Part shown: piece by piece, positions 61,256 through 64,000 of the stretch
Numbering within the stretch: the first letter of the stretch is position 1
Layout: every line of letters begins with the position of its first letter
Assembly: GCA_963724665.1 (NCBI GenBank)
Contig: CAVRVH010000008.1
Location: 145,648 to 209,647 of the forward strand
Length of the DNA stretch: 64,000 bases
Source: an uncultured Solirubrobacterales bacterium
GTDB taxonomy: Bacteria; Actinomycetota; Thermoleophilia; Solirubrobacterales; 70-9
Direction: 5' to 3'
Notes under the pieces: model-generated
The model's input: the letters and a program-made list of their open reading frames with translations, nothing else
What the model was told of the DNA's origin: nothing
Databases searched by the model: none
Translations under genes and position numbers: made by a program

Positions 61256-61284
61256 TTGCCCGGGGAGGACGTCGGGCGTAGCAT
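61256..61284 (+). promoter_or_regulatory. Candidate sigma-A-type promoter for hpf(-secA)
   Basis: TTGCCC, a 17-bp spacer, then TAGCAT (TANNNT), located 33 nt upstream of the hpf GTG. Confidence 0.35.
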
Positions 61285-61316
61285 CGGGGTCCGCCAACCG
61301 ACGGAAGGAGACCGCC

Positions 61317-61664
61317 GTGAGGATCGAGATCCGGGGGAAGAACGTGGAGGTGACCGACGAGCTTCGCGAGGCGGTGATCCAGCGGTTCGCCAGGGTCGGG
61401 AAGCAGGTGTCGGAGCTCGCCACGCTCGAAGTGGAGCTCTGCGCGGAGAAGAACCCGCGAATCTCCGACAGTGAGGTGGCAGAGGCAACCCTGCAGCTGA
61501 AGGGCGTCACCCTCCGCGCCAAGGAGGCGTCGCCGGACATGCTGCACTCGATCCACGAGATGGCCGAGGACATCCGCCGCCAGGTCAAGAAGCACCGTGA
61601 GATGCGCCGCAAGCGCCAGAGGACGCGCAAGATCATGCAGCGGCTGAAGGGTGAGCCAGCCTGA
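61317..61664 (+). CDS. hpf: Ribosome hibernation-promoting factor (short form, basic tail)
   Basis: MRIEIRGKNVEVTDELREAVIQRF…DMLHSIHEMAEDIRRQVKK. 115 aa. It sits immediately upstream of secA. Confidence 0.88.
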   Translation: MRIEIRGKNVEVTDELREAVIQRFARVGKQVSELATLEVELCAEKNPRISDSEVAEATLQLKGVTLRAKEASPDMLHSIHEMAEDIRRQVKKHREMRRKRQRTRKIMQRLKGEPA

Positions 61665-61702
61665 CCGGGGCCGCTCACGGGCGCTAGCTAACCTAATCGG
61701 CA

Positions 61703-64000
<2,298 letters not shown>

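Overview
High-GC (roughly 70%) gene-dense chromosomal core region with Actinomycetota-type synteny. I count about 70 protein genes. By eye I found no rRNA, tRNA, CRISPR array, transposase or integrase. The backbone is the conserved block rpmE-DUF1385-prfA-prmC-tsaC-glyA-wecA-atpI-atpBEFHAGDC. After it come cell-envelope and sugar-nucleotide genes (LCP ligase, ugd, two NDP-sugar pyrophosphorylases, PGI/PMI), then ahcY, arfB and comF-hpf-secA (secA runs off the 3' edge). The 5' third holds a split B12-dependent acyl-CoA mutase, an ECF sigma/anti-sigma pair, etfBA plus ETF-QO, a lipoprotein cytochrome c, a PAS-GAF kinase with a NarL-type regulator, a sulfatase and a small hydrolase/SnoaL operon. 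Lineage-specific islands interrupt the conserved backbone: ferredoxin + two-component system + ApbE/MsrQ-like module; two SnoaL genes + TetR + R2lox; DUF354/sugar transferase/AsnB; and a second ECF module. I do not see a clear-cut new defence or mobile system. The observations most worth follow-up are listed here. (1) Reading-frame disruptions are unusually frequent. One ~3 kb secreted beta-propeller/phosphoesterase gene sits between the two mutase subunits and has at least 10 frame switches. Single frameshifts also hit the core genes atpB, atpF, prmC and wecA, and probably comF. These are either assembly indels or real decay. (2) Extreme Lys/His-rich polybasic segments, often bracketed by Cys, occur on secreted beta-propeller enzymes and are encoded by AAG-type microsatellites. 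(3) An ApbE + ferric-reductase-like membrane module has no recognisable FMN-binding acceptor and is coupled to a Ser/Gly/Tyr low-complexity membrane protein. (4) Several AT-rich palindromic candidate operators are present, and two of them share the 9-mer CTGGTCAGT. All functional calls come from motif recognition by eye. No database search was run.
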